From: Diplonema japonicum
Taxonomy: Eukaryota > Protista > Euglenozoa: Diplonemea
Direction of reading: 5' to 3'
NCBI GenBank assembly: GCA_964019335.1
Contig: OZ025699.1
Location: 310,001-374,000 of the forward strand
Length of the DNA stretch: 64,000 bases
Shown: piece by piece, positions 12,247 to 23,791 of the stretch
Numbering within the stretch: position 1 is the first letter of the stretch
Layout of the letters: every line of letters begins with the position of its first letter
Translations under genes and position numbers: made by a program
Notes under the pieces: generated by a model
The model's database searches: none
What the model saw: the letters and a program-made list of their open reading frames with translations, nothing else
What the model was told of the DNA's origin: nothing

Positions 12247-12542
12247 CAAAAAAAAAAAAAAAAAAAGAGAAATACCCTCTGCCAAGCGCTTATAAGTTAA
12301 GAAGAGAAAGCAGCAGATGAGTATTAGAAAAATAATTTTAAAAAAAAAAGGGGGAGGAAAATTGCGAAGGAGAGTAAGCAAACAATCATGAAGAGAAACC
12401 ACGAATTTGTTTACCGTTCTGCAATCAAAGCTTCTTTTCCAACTCCCAATTCTTTTCTTCTTTTTTCTTAAGTCTCCATACCCCATTCCCCCCGACACTT
12501 TTTTTTTCTTTTTAATTCACTTCTTTTCTTTGAATGCAATAT

Positions 12543-12574
<32 letters not shown>

Positions 12575-12830
12575 CCTAAAGAAAAGTGATATTCTTTGGG
12601 CCGAGTAAGGATTTACTTGTTCTGTAAGTTACCTTTGCTTTTCGACCTCACTCGAGCGTAAGAAAAAAAAAAGGAAAAAAAAGAAAAAAAAAACTAGTTT
12701 GGCGCTTCATTTGTTTGTGCACACGGAGCGAGATTTTACTTAATAAAATAGCTCATTGCACTGCCATCAGCTAGTTTTTAGTCTCGACAATAATATTGTT
12801 AAAACAACTTAAAAAAAAAGATTATTGTTC

Positions 12831-13733
12831 TTACTGCATTTCTTCAACCTTGTTGATGGTGTGCGTGTCCTTCCAGTTCGAGTGCGAAGAAATAGGAAGG
12901 TAGTTGACACCGAAAGGCCCAGTGGTGCTCCTCCACAGGAGTGCCCAAGCCATCAGATCATTGGCGTCCGACATAGGCGGGACGTTAATAACCCCACCCT
13001 GCACCGGTTTCCAGAGCGACTTCCACAAGCAGCACCTGCGCTCAACACCAGTAGTCATCGAACCCACAACGGGGGGGAGTTCAGTTCCAGGGTGGTTCGG
13101 AGCAGGCCCTCTGACGATACTGGTGGTTGCTTGGGAAGGGCAGAAGGCGGGGAAGGTGAAGCAGCAGCAGGACTTCACACCAAAGGAGGGAATGCAGTAC
13201 CTGCACCCCTTCTTCCCAAGGGTGTGCGGCATACTGTAGATACCTAGCATGTTGTCACCTGTCTGGAAGTTGGCGGAGAAGTGGTCCATTGTACCACCGG
13301 CAGTGCCGAAGTACCAAAACTGGCAGCACGACACATATGCTGGCATGATGGTGTACTCCGAGGCACAGCAGCAAGCCAGTGTCGGTGCACCTGGTCGGGC
13401 ACTAGCGGTACCAAGCATCCCGTCTCCTTGGAAGGTTTCCCCTCCGCTGAAAAGCTGAGTGTACACCTTACCCGTCGCAGCCCCCGTGACTGTCTGCCTC
13501 GAGGCACAGTGGCAGGGGCTCAGCAGCGAGTACATGAAGTCGGAGCAGTTCTTCTCGATGGTGATCTCTGGAGGGGAGTTCCACTCCCGCGACACAGTGG
13601 TCCTGTAGCTGCAAGGCTGGATGATGCACGGCCAGAAGCAGGTCGGCTCACCCTTTATGTAGTACTTGGTACCGTTCATTTCATCGTCGCACGTCGGCAT
13701 CTCGGTGGAGAGGGGAACGTACTTGTTTGTCAT
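12831..13733 (-). CDS. Cys-rich scramblase-like protein, copy 2
   Basis: 300-aa ORF identical to copy 1 apart from the N-terminal ~18 aa. Confidence 0.7.
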   Translation of the reverse strand: MTNKYVPLSTEMPTCDDEMNGTKYYIKGEPTCFWPCIIQPCSYRTTVSREWNSPPEITIEKNCSDFMYSLLSPCHCASRQTVTGAATGKVYTQLFSGGETFQGDGMLGTASARPGAPTLACCCASEYTIMPAYVSCCQFWYFGTAGGTMDHFSANFQTGDNMLGIYSMPHTLGKKGCRYCIPSFGVKSCCCFTFPAFCPSQATTSIVRGPAPNHPGTELPPVVGSMTTGVERRCCLWKSLWKPVQGGVINVPPMSDANDLMAWALLWRSTTGPFGVNYLPISSHSNWKDTHTINKVEEMQ

Positions 13734-14906
13734 TTTTCTTTTTTCTTTTTTTTTTTACGGGAAGAAAGAAAAAAAAGGTTTAATCTGCGATCTGAGATGG
13801 GGGCGAGAGGGGAGTGATTTAGAGAAATAAAAAGAAGAGAATTTGTAACCGTGCGAAAGGGAAAAGAAAAAAGAGCAAGAACTACCCAAGTTCTAAATGT
13901 TCCCCCCATGTTCATTCCGGGAAAACCAAATGGTCAAACATGCGAGCTAGAAACAAAAAAAAACAGAACAAAAAAAGGGTAGAATATTTTTTTAAACAAA
14001 TGTATGATGAAAAAAAAAAAAAAAAAGGAAGGACCAAATAAAATGCGACCAAAAGAAAGTAAGGTTTTTAGCATTTGTTTGTGCACAAGGTGCACATTCT
14101 CCACTATTCTTTTCGTCCATACAGAAAAAAAAAAAAAAAAAAAAAAAAGAAATATAAAAGAAAAGGAGGCCGGTGTTGGTGTCCCCCCCTCCCCCCCGGC
14201 TGACAAAGAAAAGGAAACAAGTCGGAGCAAGACGAAAAAAAAAAAAGAAATGAAATAAATGAGAAAGGGAAATAAGATAAGGAGGCCAGTGTTGGTGGCG
14301 CCCTGAAAAAAGCAAAGAATTTGTTCGTGCACAGCCGGGGTTAACCTGTAGAAGGATAAGCCCAACAATGCTACCACTACTCTTTTAGCAATAACAATTC
14401 ATTTTCGTCCATACAGAAAAAAAAAAAAAAAAAAAAAAAACAAACAGCATAAGGAGGAAGGGAAAGAGAAATACCCTCTGCCAAGCGCTTATAGGTTAAG
14501 AAGAGAAGGCAGCAGATGAGTATTAGAAAAAAAATAATTCAAAAAAAAGGGGGAGGAAAATAGCCAAGGAGAGTAAGCAAACAATCTATGAATAGAAATC
14601 ACGAATTTGTTTACCGTTCTGCAATCAAAGCTTCTTCCAACCCCCTATTGTCTTCTTCTTTTTCTTATATCCCCATATCCCATTCCCCTGGCACTTTTTT
14701 TTCTTTTCACTTTTTTCTTTTTTTTAAAAGAAAAGTGATATTCTTTGGACCGAGTAAGGATTTACTTGTTCTGCAAGTTACCTTTGCTTCCCGACCTCAC
14801 TCGAGCATGAAAAAAAAAAAAAAAAAAATATAATTAAATATGAGTTAAAGGAAGTCTTTGTCCTTTGAAAAAAAAGGGGGGTAAAAAAAATGAAAGATTA
14901 TTGTTC

Positions 14907-15809
14907 TTACTGCATTTCTTCAACCTTGTTGATGGTGTGCGTGTCCTTCCAGTTCGAGTGCGAAGAAATAGGAAGGTAGTTGACACCGAAAGGCCCAGTG
15001 GTGCTCCTCCACAGGAGTGCCCAAGCCATCAGATCATTGGCGTCCGACATAGGCGGGACGTTAATAACCCCACCCTGCACCGGTTTCCAGAGCGACTTCC
15101 ACAAGCAGCACCTGCGCTCAACACCAGTAGTCATCGAACCCACAACGGGGGGGAGTTCAGTTCCAGGGTGGTTCGGAGCAGGCCCTCTGACGATACTGGT
15201 GGTTGCTTGGGAAGGGCAGAAGGCGGGGAAGGTGAAGCAGCAGCAGGACTTCACACCAAAGGAGGGAATGCAGTACCTGCACCCCTTCTTCCCAAGGGTG
15301 TGCGGCATACTGTAGATACCTAGCATGTTGTCACCTGTCTGGAAGTTGGCGGAGAAGTGGTCCATTGTACCACCGGCAGTGCCGAAGTACCAAAACTGGC
15401 AGCACGACACATATGCTGGCATGATGGTGTACTCCGAGGCACAGCAGCAAGCCAGTGTCGGTGCACCTGGTCGGGCACTAGCGGTACCAAGCATCCCGTC
15501 TCCTTGGAAGGTTTCCCCTCCGCTGAAAAGCTGAGTGTACACCTTACCCGTCGCAGCCCCCGTGACTGTCTGCCTCGAGGCACAGTGGCAGGGGCTCAGC
15601 AGCGAGTACATGAAGTCGGAGCAGTTCTTCTCGATGGTGATCTCTGGAGGGGAGTTCCACCCCCGCGACACAGTGGTCCTGTAGCTGCAAGGCTGGATGA
15701 TGCACGGCCAGAAGCAGGTCGGCTCACCCTTTATGTAGTACTTGGTACCGTTCATTTGATGGGCGTACGGAGGCATCTCGGTGTTCAGGGGAACGTGCAT
15801 GTTCGTCAT
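14907..15809 (-). CDS. Cys-rich scramblase-like protein, copy 3
   Basis: 300-aa ORF, two substitutions versus copy 1. Confidence 0.7.
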   Translation of the reverse strand: MTNMHVPLNTEMPPYAHQMNGTKYYIKGEPTCFWPCIIQPCSYRTTVSRGWNSPPEITIEKNCSDFMYSLLSPCHCASRQTVTGAATGKVYTQLFSGGETFQGDGMLGTASARPGAPTLACCCASEYTIMPAYVSCCQFWYFGTAGGTMDHFSANFQTGDNMLGIYSMPHTLGKKGCRYCIPSFGVKSCCCFTFPAFCPSQATTSIVRGPAPNHPGTELPPVVGSMTTGVERRCCLWKSLWKPVQGGVINVPPMSDANDLMAWALLWRSTTGPFGVNYLPISSHSNWKDTHTINKVEEMQ

Positions 15810-16427
15810 TTTTTCTTTAACGGGAAGAAAGAAAAAAAAAGGTTTAATCTGCAGAGATGTTCGTCATTTTTTACAACGCGAGAAGAAAAAGAATGAGTTA
15901 GATGAGGGAAGGGGGTGGGAGGGGGAGTTCTTCTTTTATAAGAGAAATAAAAGAATAAAACTTTTAATGTGGACCCCCCCCCCCCCCCCCCCCCCCTGGT
16001 TCAAAATAAATTTTAAGAAAAATGAGGGGTGTACGCTAGTTGTGTCTCTCGATAAGCACAGTGGGCACTTTTTTTCCTCTCCCGAACTCTTGAGAGCTCC
16101 CCAGAAACTCAGCCTTAGAAAGGTTCTACGTAGATCGGTTAATTTTCAAAGAAAAATAGTTGCTCTGATAGGCGATCGCCGTTCTATCCCCTACCTTACC
16201 AGTGGCCCTGATTTTAATCGTGCTAAAGAAGAAAGAAGAACTACTCTTTTTAGCAATAACAAATTCATTATCAATAATATTATATTATATTATATTGTTT
16301 TTCTTGTTCAAGCAAAAAAAAAAAAAAAGAAGAAAAAAAAGACGTGTGAAAGAAAAAAAAAAGTTGAGCTAGATAAAAAAAAAAAAAAAAAAAAGAAAAA
16401 TAGAATTTAAAAAATAGCTATTTATTA

Positions 16428-16572
16428 AGTGAAAATATGATAGCATTATTTCACGCGTGGTGGCAGGGGGTTTAACGAGTAGGGATCTTAGTTCACGAGC
16501 GAAGCGAGTGAAGTAAAAAGCTACGAGCTAAACCTGCCACCACAAGTGGAATAATGCTCTTATTTTCATTAA
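16428..16572. repeat. long imperfect hairpin with central TTCACGAGCGAAGCGAGTGAA
   Basis: GCATTATTTCAC..GTGGTGGCAGG / CCTGCCACCAC..GTGGAATAATGC arms. Confidence 0.7.
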
Positions 16573-16592
16573 TACGTTGTTTTATTTAACAA

Positions 16593-17089
16593 GAGCCGGG
16601 TTTGAAAGGGTGGGAGGTTACAGGGTTACAACAAGTGAAAAGTGGGATTGGGTTACAGGGTGTGGGAAATACAACGTCGCTAAATTTCAGTTTGTGCGAC
16701 TCTTTTGTCCAAACATGCAAGCTGCATATGCCTGACGCACTATGTTGTTGCTGAATTTCATTGCCAGATACTCTTTCATTTGTTCCTGACTAAACACCGA
16801 AGCTTTTTTCACCTCATGGCCTTCTTCAAAAGAAGTGCAACCCTGGGAAAGCTCTGCATTTTTTTAGCGAAGTTTCGTTGGATGATGGCGTTGATCTTGC
16901 TGTAACTTGCCCTAAACCTAGGTGGAATAGGTGAAATTAGGCCCAGGAGTGAAATACTGTTACATTATTTCACGCTCGAACATTATTTCACTCCTGGGCC
17001 TAATTCAAGGTAAACTGGGAGTGAAAATAAAGCTGGGAGTGGCATAAAGTAAAATCTTATTTTCACTCCCACCCTTGAAAACCCGGCTC
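16593..17089. mobile_element. MITE-like element with 24-bp TIRs
   Basis: GAGCCGGGTTTGAAAGGGTGGGAG versus CTCCCACCCTTGAAAACCCGGCTC. Confidence 0.65.
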
Positions 17090-17111
17090 GAGTTATATAT
17101 AAAAAAAAAAA

Positions 17112-17935
17112 CTCGATCTATTTTTGCGGTGCGCTGGTTGGTGCCCACCGTGGACTGGGGATCCTACACGTGCCTGTCACCATTCTGCGGTTGCATCCTG
17201 GTGCCGGCCGTCGGGGTTTGCCTGTCCGTCATGGACGGCATCTGCGCTAAGAACATCGGTCGCAGTCCCTCCAAATAGGGGGCTGTTTGGGTTGACGAGA
17301 ACAAGGGTCTCTTGTCGTAGCCATGCATCGCTGGTGCGCTCAGGTTTCTCAGGGAGTGTACTCTGGTCATCCTTCCTGCCGGGAAGCCGCTTTTGTTGCC
17401 CTTTGCCGCACATGCTTGCACTCTATTGAGGATGTACCGCAGACGTGCGGCTTTTCTCTCCAACAGACTGCTCTCCCCATGTTCCCCCCATTGAGGATAT
17501 ACCGCGTCATCTCAAAATCAATTGCCAGCTCCATCGTGGTGATTGACGTTCTTCGATCCTAGGTACCACCTCAGACCTTGCAGCCAGGGTAGCACATGTT
17601 TCAACAGCTTTTTCAGCATCTCACCCGTTGCTCCGTGCGCAACAAGCATCCGTCGGTACCGGGCATCTCGTTCCGGTCGTCGTCTCTTTCCAAGGATATG
17701 GTCTTATAACATGCACCGTCCTCTCCGCTGCTCTACTGTCACGCAACGCCACCACTCGCACCAGGTAGCTCTGCACCAGTCGCGCTTGTTTCTGCACTTC
17801 CGCTCCCGTTCCTCTCACCACTACACCGTGTAGCGCCGTTGCTTTCGGCAGCCCTTCTCTTTTGACCTCCGCGTACACACTTTCCTGCTGCGCTTGTCTC
17901 GCAGGGGCACACTCCCACAACAACTTTTATGGGGG
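17112..17935 (-). mobile_element. degenerate 3' fragment of a non-LTR retrotransposon (family E), oligo(T)-ended
   Basis: LWEC...ALHGV and ELAIDFE motifs shared with the other LINE fragments; sense end ...TAGATCGAG-T11. Confidence 0.7.
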
Positions 17936-17978
17936 GAAAAAAAGAAAAAAAAAAAAAAAAAAAAGGGAGAGAGATGCA

Positions 17979-18479
17979 TCAATTCACGTTCAGTAGTTCC
18001 CACCCTTCAGGAGACGCCACAAACATCTGGATCAAAATACAGAGAACAAAGCACACAAAAGGGCTCAGCAGGACTGCCCCTATGACTGTAAGCGTCACGC
18101 CAAGTGACTTATGCTCAGAGGGGAGAACAAGGTCGAGGCTAGAGCAGTCGGCACGCACTTGACAAGGTGTCAGGACGCCTGCCACATACTCAGGGCTGTA
18201 TGTACACCTGCTGGATTTCCAGGTATATGTTTCGTTTCTACTGACGCAGGCACCTGTTTCAACTAATACCGTGTATATGAAGTTTCTCCCGTGGCAGCTG
18301 CCCTCACCATTGCATTTTATGTCGCACCGTTTGCTTTTAGAATGTTCCATTACTAGGCATTCTTGCTGGGATGTTCCCTTGTTCCAGTTGCCGGCTTCGT
18401 GGATCTGCCACAGTCCAAAGGCGAAGCAGCATATACCAGAAACCAGCATTGTAAGGAGTACCTCGGCGATGGTGTTCAT
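17979..18479 (-). CDS. small 2-TM protein with a Cys-rich loop (BK beta-subunit-like topology)
   Basis: 166-aa ORF, two hydrophobic segments flanking a loop with 8 Cys. Confidence 0.65.
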   Translation of the reverse strand: MNTIAEVLLTMLVSGICCFAFGLWQIHEAGNWNKGTSQQECLVMEHSKSKRCDIKCNGEGSCHGRNFIYTVLVETGACVSRNETYTWKSSRCTYSPEYVAGVLTPCQVRADCSSLDLVLPSEHKSLGVTLTVIGAVLLSPFVCFVLCILIQMFVASPEGWELLNVN

Positions 18480-18930
18480 CTTTTTTCTTTTTTTTTTCCC
18501 CTCCCCCCCTCCTGCATGGTGTTTTTATGGGGGGAAAAAAAAAAAGAAAAAAAATTGGGCTAGGGTTGGGGGGAGGGGGGGGGACTTTTCAAAATATGTG
18601 CTTCATCGGTACGCCTTCACCTGCATTCTCATCAACGATTACTGCCGGTTTTGCAGATATACGAAATACGGGCTCCATGCTGAACTGCGCGACGCACACC
18701 GCCAAGTCAGAAGGGAGGTGCCTCAGAGAAAATAAAATGGTGCTAATCCTCTTTAAAATCTGTACCTTGCCGATGCAAGGCTCCAGCCAGTTACCAGTAT
18801 TCCATGGTTCCAGTGCTGGTACGGTGGCGCGACACGGTGCACCTGTCTCCTTTTTTAAAATAGAGAACTTTGCGGTTTGACCTTCCGTGCTTTTCTTTGG
18901 CAGCATTTGTTTGGTTTTGCTGCAGTAGTA

Positions 18931-18973
<43 letters not shown>

Positions 18974-19871
18974 TGGGGAGGACTTTAAACAAACGAGGAA
19001 GAAAGATAAACAAGGTAGAAACAGAAAAAGCAGGATATAAACTAGCCCACCGCGGTGGTGCCTTATGATGCCCTTACGGCAAATGACGAAATAGCTATTT
19101 ATTTGCAACAAATTATGGCCATAATTTACTTGAGAATCGTGGGTTGAAAAAAAAAACGGTTCGAGTAATTTTATCTGATATTGTTCAGAAATTGAGTCAC
19201 TCCGAGTAAACCGAGAAAGTGGGCCAAAAAAAAAAAAAAAAAAAAAAAAAAACCCAAAACCAAATTATGACCAACTGTCAATAATAGCTATCAAATTATT
19301 GAAAAACGGCCTATTTTCAGCTGATACAGGCGGAAGTGAGGTGACCCTACACATTTTTAGTCCCCGGACAATCCTGTTGACCTGTGACATTGCACCTTCC
19401 AGGTTGTAGTTCTCCCGAAGAAACCGCATACAAACAAAGCACGGGTCAGCAAGAAGCAGTTCAGCGGTCCAGATCCAGGTCACTCCATAGACATGAGCTC
19501 CTCGAGATCCTCCCGTTGTCGAAAGTAGATGCTTTCGTCTTCGGGGGCCCTTGTTCTTCGCACGCTTGCAAAAAAGTTTGACACGGTCCCATTCCCCAAC
19601 CTTCTGGTTGCATTTTTCTTAAAAAAACTGCCCTTATCTGGGAGTACTTGGTCCAAAGAGAAGGGGCAGCGCCATTTTCCTTCAGCTTCCTAAGATGAGC
19701 GAGAACCTCATCTTCAGTCGGTTCTTCGTCTTTTTCCCACGAAGGTCAGCCCATGTTTTTGCAGGCACTGTGCTTTGCTTATTTCGGGTAGAAGACTCTC
19801 TTCCTTCTTCGTTTTCGGCATTTGATGTTTTTTTTTTTTTTTTTTGATGATCTTGAGCTCAAATGTTTTAA

Positions 19872-20177
19872 ACTCGATGATTTAAAGGAAGCCGGTGGGG
19901 GCACCCTGCACCAGCACCATTTACTTGATTACAGGGGGCGCACCTCGGCCTAGCTGTAGCTTCTTTTGCGTTCCGCGTCGTGTCCTTAATGCAGCTCAAC
20001 CCCAGCCGGGGCGCCCCGGGTAACCAAGATTCTGAGCCCGTGTAGTTTGCTGCCTGTTCGCCACCCAGAGCATCTGCTTCTTCCACTCGGGCGCTACCGG
20101 TGATGACCGACGGGGAGGTCAACAGCGAACAACACATCTGATGTACTTCTTTATATTTCCATGTTATCCCCACCACC
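19872..20177 (-). mobile_element. HDV-ribozyme-headed SINE, copy 1 (ribozyme 20049-20177, tail type 1)
   Basis: P1 GGTGGTG/CATCACC, L3 TCCCCGTC, J4/2 GCGAA. Confidence 0.8.
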
Positions 20178-20344
20178 TGAAATTTTAAAAGAAATTTCAC
20201 TCTGTCCCCAATAATGGCAGCCACGGGCCATAAACACCTAAGTCTTGCCCATAATTGAGCTATCAAGGATTATCAAATTATGAGAGGGGGGTAATCAGAT
20301 TATAGGGGGGGTTAGGAGTGAAAAAATTTCTGAACTATCAGATA

Positions 20345-20930
20345 AAAAAAATAATTCTTTATGACTACATGTCTTTGTTGTTCGCACGAGCAAAAAAAAG
20401 GTTTTAAAAAGCTGCGAAAGTCTTTTTTTTTTTTTTTTTTTTTTTGCTCGGCACAAGTTGCATATAACAATTATAAAATCATTTTTTTGAAAGATAAATA
20501 TTTGTAACAAAAAAAATAATTCTTTATGACTATATGTCTTTTGTTGTTGGCGCAAGCAAAAAAGGTTTTTAAAAAGCTGCGAAAGTTTTTTGCTCACACA
20601 AGTTGCATATAGTTATAAAATCATTTTTTGAAAGATAAATATTTGTAACGAAAAAAAAAAAAAAACAAGCCTTGGTCTTTTCAATTGAAAAGACCCAAAA
20701 TGGCTCTGGTGTAAGCTAGTTGTTTTCGCCCGAGCAAGAAGTTAGAATTATTTCTTTGCGCAGGGAAGTTTCCGTGTGCTACAGCTTCAGTCTGAAAAGA
20801 ATGAAAGTGTAAAAAAATAGTTAGTTCTTTATGACTACACGTCTTTGTTGTTCGCACGAGCAATGCTCGGCGCAAGTTTGACACATAGTTATAAAATTAT
20901 CTTTTCTGAAACATAAATATTTTGTATAAA
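20345..20930. repeat. three degenerate tandem copies of an AT-rich unit
   Basis: TTCTTTATGACTA...GTCTTT(TT)GTTGTT at ~20355, 20520 and 20826. Confidence 0.7.
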
Positions 20931-20959
20931 AAAAAAATATATATATATATATATATAAA

Positions 20960-21010
20960 CGAACAACACATCTGATGTTTTTCTTATATTTTCATATTAT
21001 CCCCACCACC
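20960..21010 (-). mobile_element. 5'-head-only remnant of the ribozyme-SINE
   Basis: P1 strand plus J1/2 only, followed by (TA)n on the sense strand. Confidence 0.7.
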
Positions 21011-21225
21011 TTAAAAAAAAAAAAAAAAGAATAAGTACAGTAAGCAGTGGCCGCCAAGAGAAGCAAATATTTTACAACACGGCCAAAGTGGGGAAGGAAA
21101 AAAACCCAACTGAACGTCCGAAAGGAAAACCTGATTCTCCTTTTACAGTAACAATATACGTGATAAAAGTGTTGATGGCACCCTGCACAAGCACCAAACA
21201 GCGAAAAATCATAGAAATTAGAAAT

Positions 21226-22869
21226 CTAAGAACACTCCACAGTCTTTCTCAGCTTCGTCATGTAAATTGCAATGCAAGCCGGCGCGCTGGCCGTATCTTT
21301 CTTAATGGACAGAAAGCGGATCGCCTCCCCCCTATTCCCCATCAGGAAATGCTTCCCCGCTTCATTATAGACATCCCAGGGATTCTCATCAAGTTGGTAC
21401 ATCCACTCCGCCTCTTTGCAAGAACTCTGACATGGTGCCGCCCAACCTGTAATTATTTCGTAGGCAAGAATGGAACCCTCGCAAAGTCTGATCACAAGAC
21501 GCATAGGGCAGGCGTAAGACACTTCACTGTACACAGTCCCGCTGGTGACGATGTTGAGGTTCTCTTGCCTGCAGAACCTTTCTAGTTGTGAGGCTTGAAC
21601 GGCGACCTTTCCGATGACAGCGATCGACATCAGCTCGGCACACCCGAACGACCCGCAGTGCGCTGACCCAGTGGAAATCCCAAAAGTTGTGATAATATAA
21701 TTCTCAGCTAGTACTGACTGGACTTCCAAGGTGGTTTCAACAGCCATTTTCGCATGAGCAGCGCATCGCCTGGAGGTGTTAAAAGAGGAGTGGATGTGAT
21801 CGCCAACGACGACCCCCACGACACCACTATGAGAGCTCACAGAATGGACAACCTGAAGTGCGAACGAAGCAAATCTCGAAGTGAATACAGCCGCGTCCTC
21901 CACCTGCTTGTGCGTCCCAAGCATGTTCGCAACAAAACACGATACCCGTTTACACACCTTATCAGCTATTAAAGGTGTACTGTTTGAAGAAGCCGAAATT
22001 GGGGTTTGCCTACTACCGCCCTTCCCAGAACTACTCTCCCCGTCGGGGTCACCACAATTAGATTCTTCAGAATTTAGTTGAAGGCAAGATTGCGGGAGAT
22101 AAGGTCGGTACATGTAAAGGTTGTTTAGAACATCTGAGAATGCTGTGTATAATGGTGGGGGTAGGGGTGATTCGTTGATGGCTTGCTCAGCGGACTCGAG
22201 GTCGAAACGTGATAAGTAGCTTGCGATGCGCTCGGCGGCAGTGATGACAGATTTCATGGACTCCTGTTCCGCGTGGAGATGCAGTGCAAAATGACGTGTG
22301 AAGTAGAAGTCCAACAAAAGCACGAGGCATTGCCCGAACAGACGCGCCACACCTGACGGCACATCCTCCTTACAGGGCAACGCTTCACAGTTACACAGAA
22401 TTTCCCGCCTCTTTTCTTGCGACGGCAAGAAACCCAAATCGTACATTCCAAAACGAAAAGTGCTTTCCATCGTTGCGATGTGCAGCCAAACAATAATCAC
22501 TCCGACAATGTTGCGGGGGACCCTGTGAGGCAGAGCGCATACAAGAGCGATATCTAGGCAAACTACAACGGCGGTCCAGCTCGCATGTGATTTGGTTGAG
22601 CCTTGCAACAAGTCGGAGGCCACTATACTGACCATGCCGGTGTAGAGGGCGAACTCGATGACGGAGTTTCTCGGCTTCTTCTCTTTTACTATCTGCGCTA
22701 GTAGAACGACATCCCCAACGAACGCAACCGAGAATTCGAAGTTTCCCAAGAACATCATCCCCCCGAACAGGCCTACCCCTACCAGGGCCGACAGAAATAT
22801 CACCCTCTTCCTGAAAGCCGTAGTTCCGTCATCGTCTGGTAGCTCCAGCCACTTCAAGCAGCTTAACAT
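21226..22869 (-). CDS. multi-pass receptor-like class III cyclase, degenerate-domain-only type
   Basis: ~5-6 TM, CxCxxLPC loop, LRPYLP-like linker, cyclase fold with ANMLG/VGD/VAVQASQL, C-terminal EWMYQL; start at MLSCL inferred. Confidence 0.8.
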   Translation of the reverse strand: MLSCLKWLELPDDDGTTAFRKRVIFLSALVGVGLFGGMMFLGNFEFSVAFVGDVVLLAQIVKEKKPRNSVIEFALYTGMVSIVASDLLQGSTKSHASWTAVVVCLDIALVCALPHRVPRNIVGVIIVWLHIATMESTFRFGMYDLGFLPSQEKRREILCNCEALPCKEDVPSGVARLFGQCLVLLLDFYFTRHFALHLHAEQESMKSVITAAERIASYLSRFDLESAEQAINESPLPPPLYTAFSDVLNNLYMYRPYLPQSCLQLNSEESNCGDPDGESSSGKGGSRQTPISASSNSTPLIADKVCKRVSCFVANMLGTHKQVEDAAVFTSRFASFALQVVHSVSSHSGVVGVVVGDHIHSSFNTSRRCAAHAKMAVETTLEVQSVLAENYIITTFGISTGSAHCGSFGCAELMSIAVIGKVAVQASQLERFCRQENLNIVTSGTVYSEVSYACPMRLVIRLCEGSILAYEIITGWAAPCQSSCKEAEWMYQLDENPWDVYNEAGKHFLMGNRGEAIRFLSIKKDTASAPACIAIYMTKLRKTVECS

Positions 22870-23153
22870 TCCCCCCCCCCCCTTCGCCGGCTCCTTTTTT
22901 TTTTTATCTACACACGAAAAAAAAAAAAAACAAATAAAAAGAGAAAGAAACAAACGTGGCTGCCTTTCCCACGTACCAGGGATTAAGCAGAGGTTGTTTC
23001 CATGGCCCATATCAGTCTATCGCCGGAAAGAAATATAAAAAAAAAAAAAGGAAAGTAACAAAACAAACGGAAGAAGAAAAATAGAATGTACAGAGCTAGA
23101 GATTATGACGGCCTAGGGTCACGGTTCCACCAAAAAAAAAAAAAAAAAGAAAA

Positions 23154-23456
23154 ATGGGCTTTGATTGCAACACTAGGTGGCATTAGCGTGCAACGAAGCA
23201 CGAACTACCTACTTGATAACAGGGGGCGCTCCTCGGCCGAGCAGTAGCTTCTTCTGCGTTCCGCGTCGTGTCCTTAATGCATGCGGTGTGCTCAACCCTA
23301 GCCGGGGCGTCCCGGGTAACCAAGATTCTGCGCTCGTGCTGTTTGCTGCGCGTTACGTTCTTCCACTCGGGCGCTACTGGTGATGACCGACGAGGAGGTC
23401 AACAGCGAACAACACATCTGATGTACTTCTTATATTTCCATGTTATCCCCACCACC
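23154..23456 (-). mobile_element. ribozyme-SINE copy 2 (tail type 2), ribozyme disabled
   Basis: Deletion removes P4 3' strand and J4/2; P1.1 GG changed to AG. Confidence 0.8.
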
Positions 23457-23559
23457 TTTAAAAAAAAAAAGGGGGGGGTTATTCGGAGCCTTGCAATTCA
23501 CTCAAAGCACTGATTATCTCTTATCTCTAATCTCTTCGTAACTGTTGTGCTCTGAAATG

Positions 23560-23735
23560 CAGCTGTGCGGTCGAGCCTTGGATGTCGGTGAAGACGATGG
23601 TGGAGCGGTTTGACTCGCTGTTAACCGGTGTGTCGCACCTGGAGTGCTTCGAGGTAACCTTAGTGACGGCAGAGCACGTTGATGGTTATCACGCAAGCTG
23701 TCCAAGACCTTCCTGTGCCTTTCACTAAAATGGTT
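23560..23735 (-). pseudogene. patchwork remnant of a cyclase gene
   Basis: Short blocks matching IVFTDIQGST and TM-region DNA of neighbouring genes, joined by deletions. Confidence 0.6.
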
Positions 23736-23791
23736 CTACAGAAACGGCCAGATACCTCTTATCATTATTCGTTCTCGTTGCTGTAAAAGAT

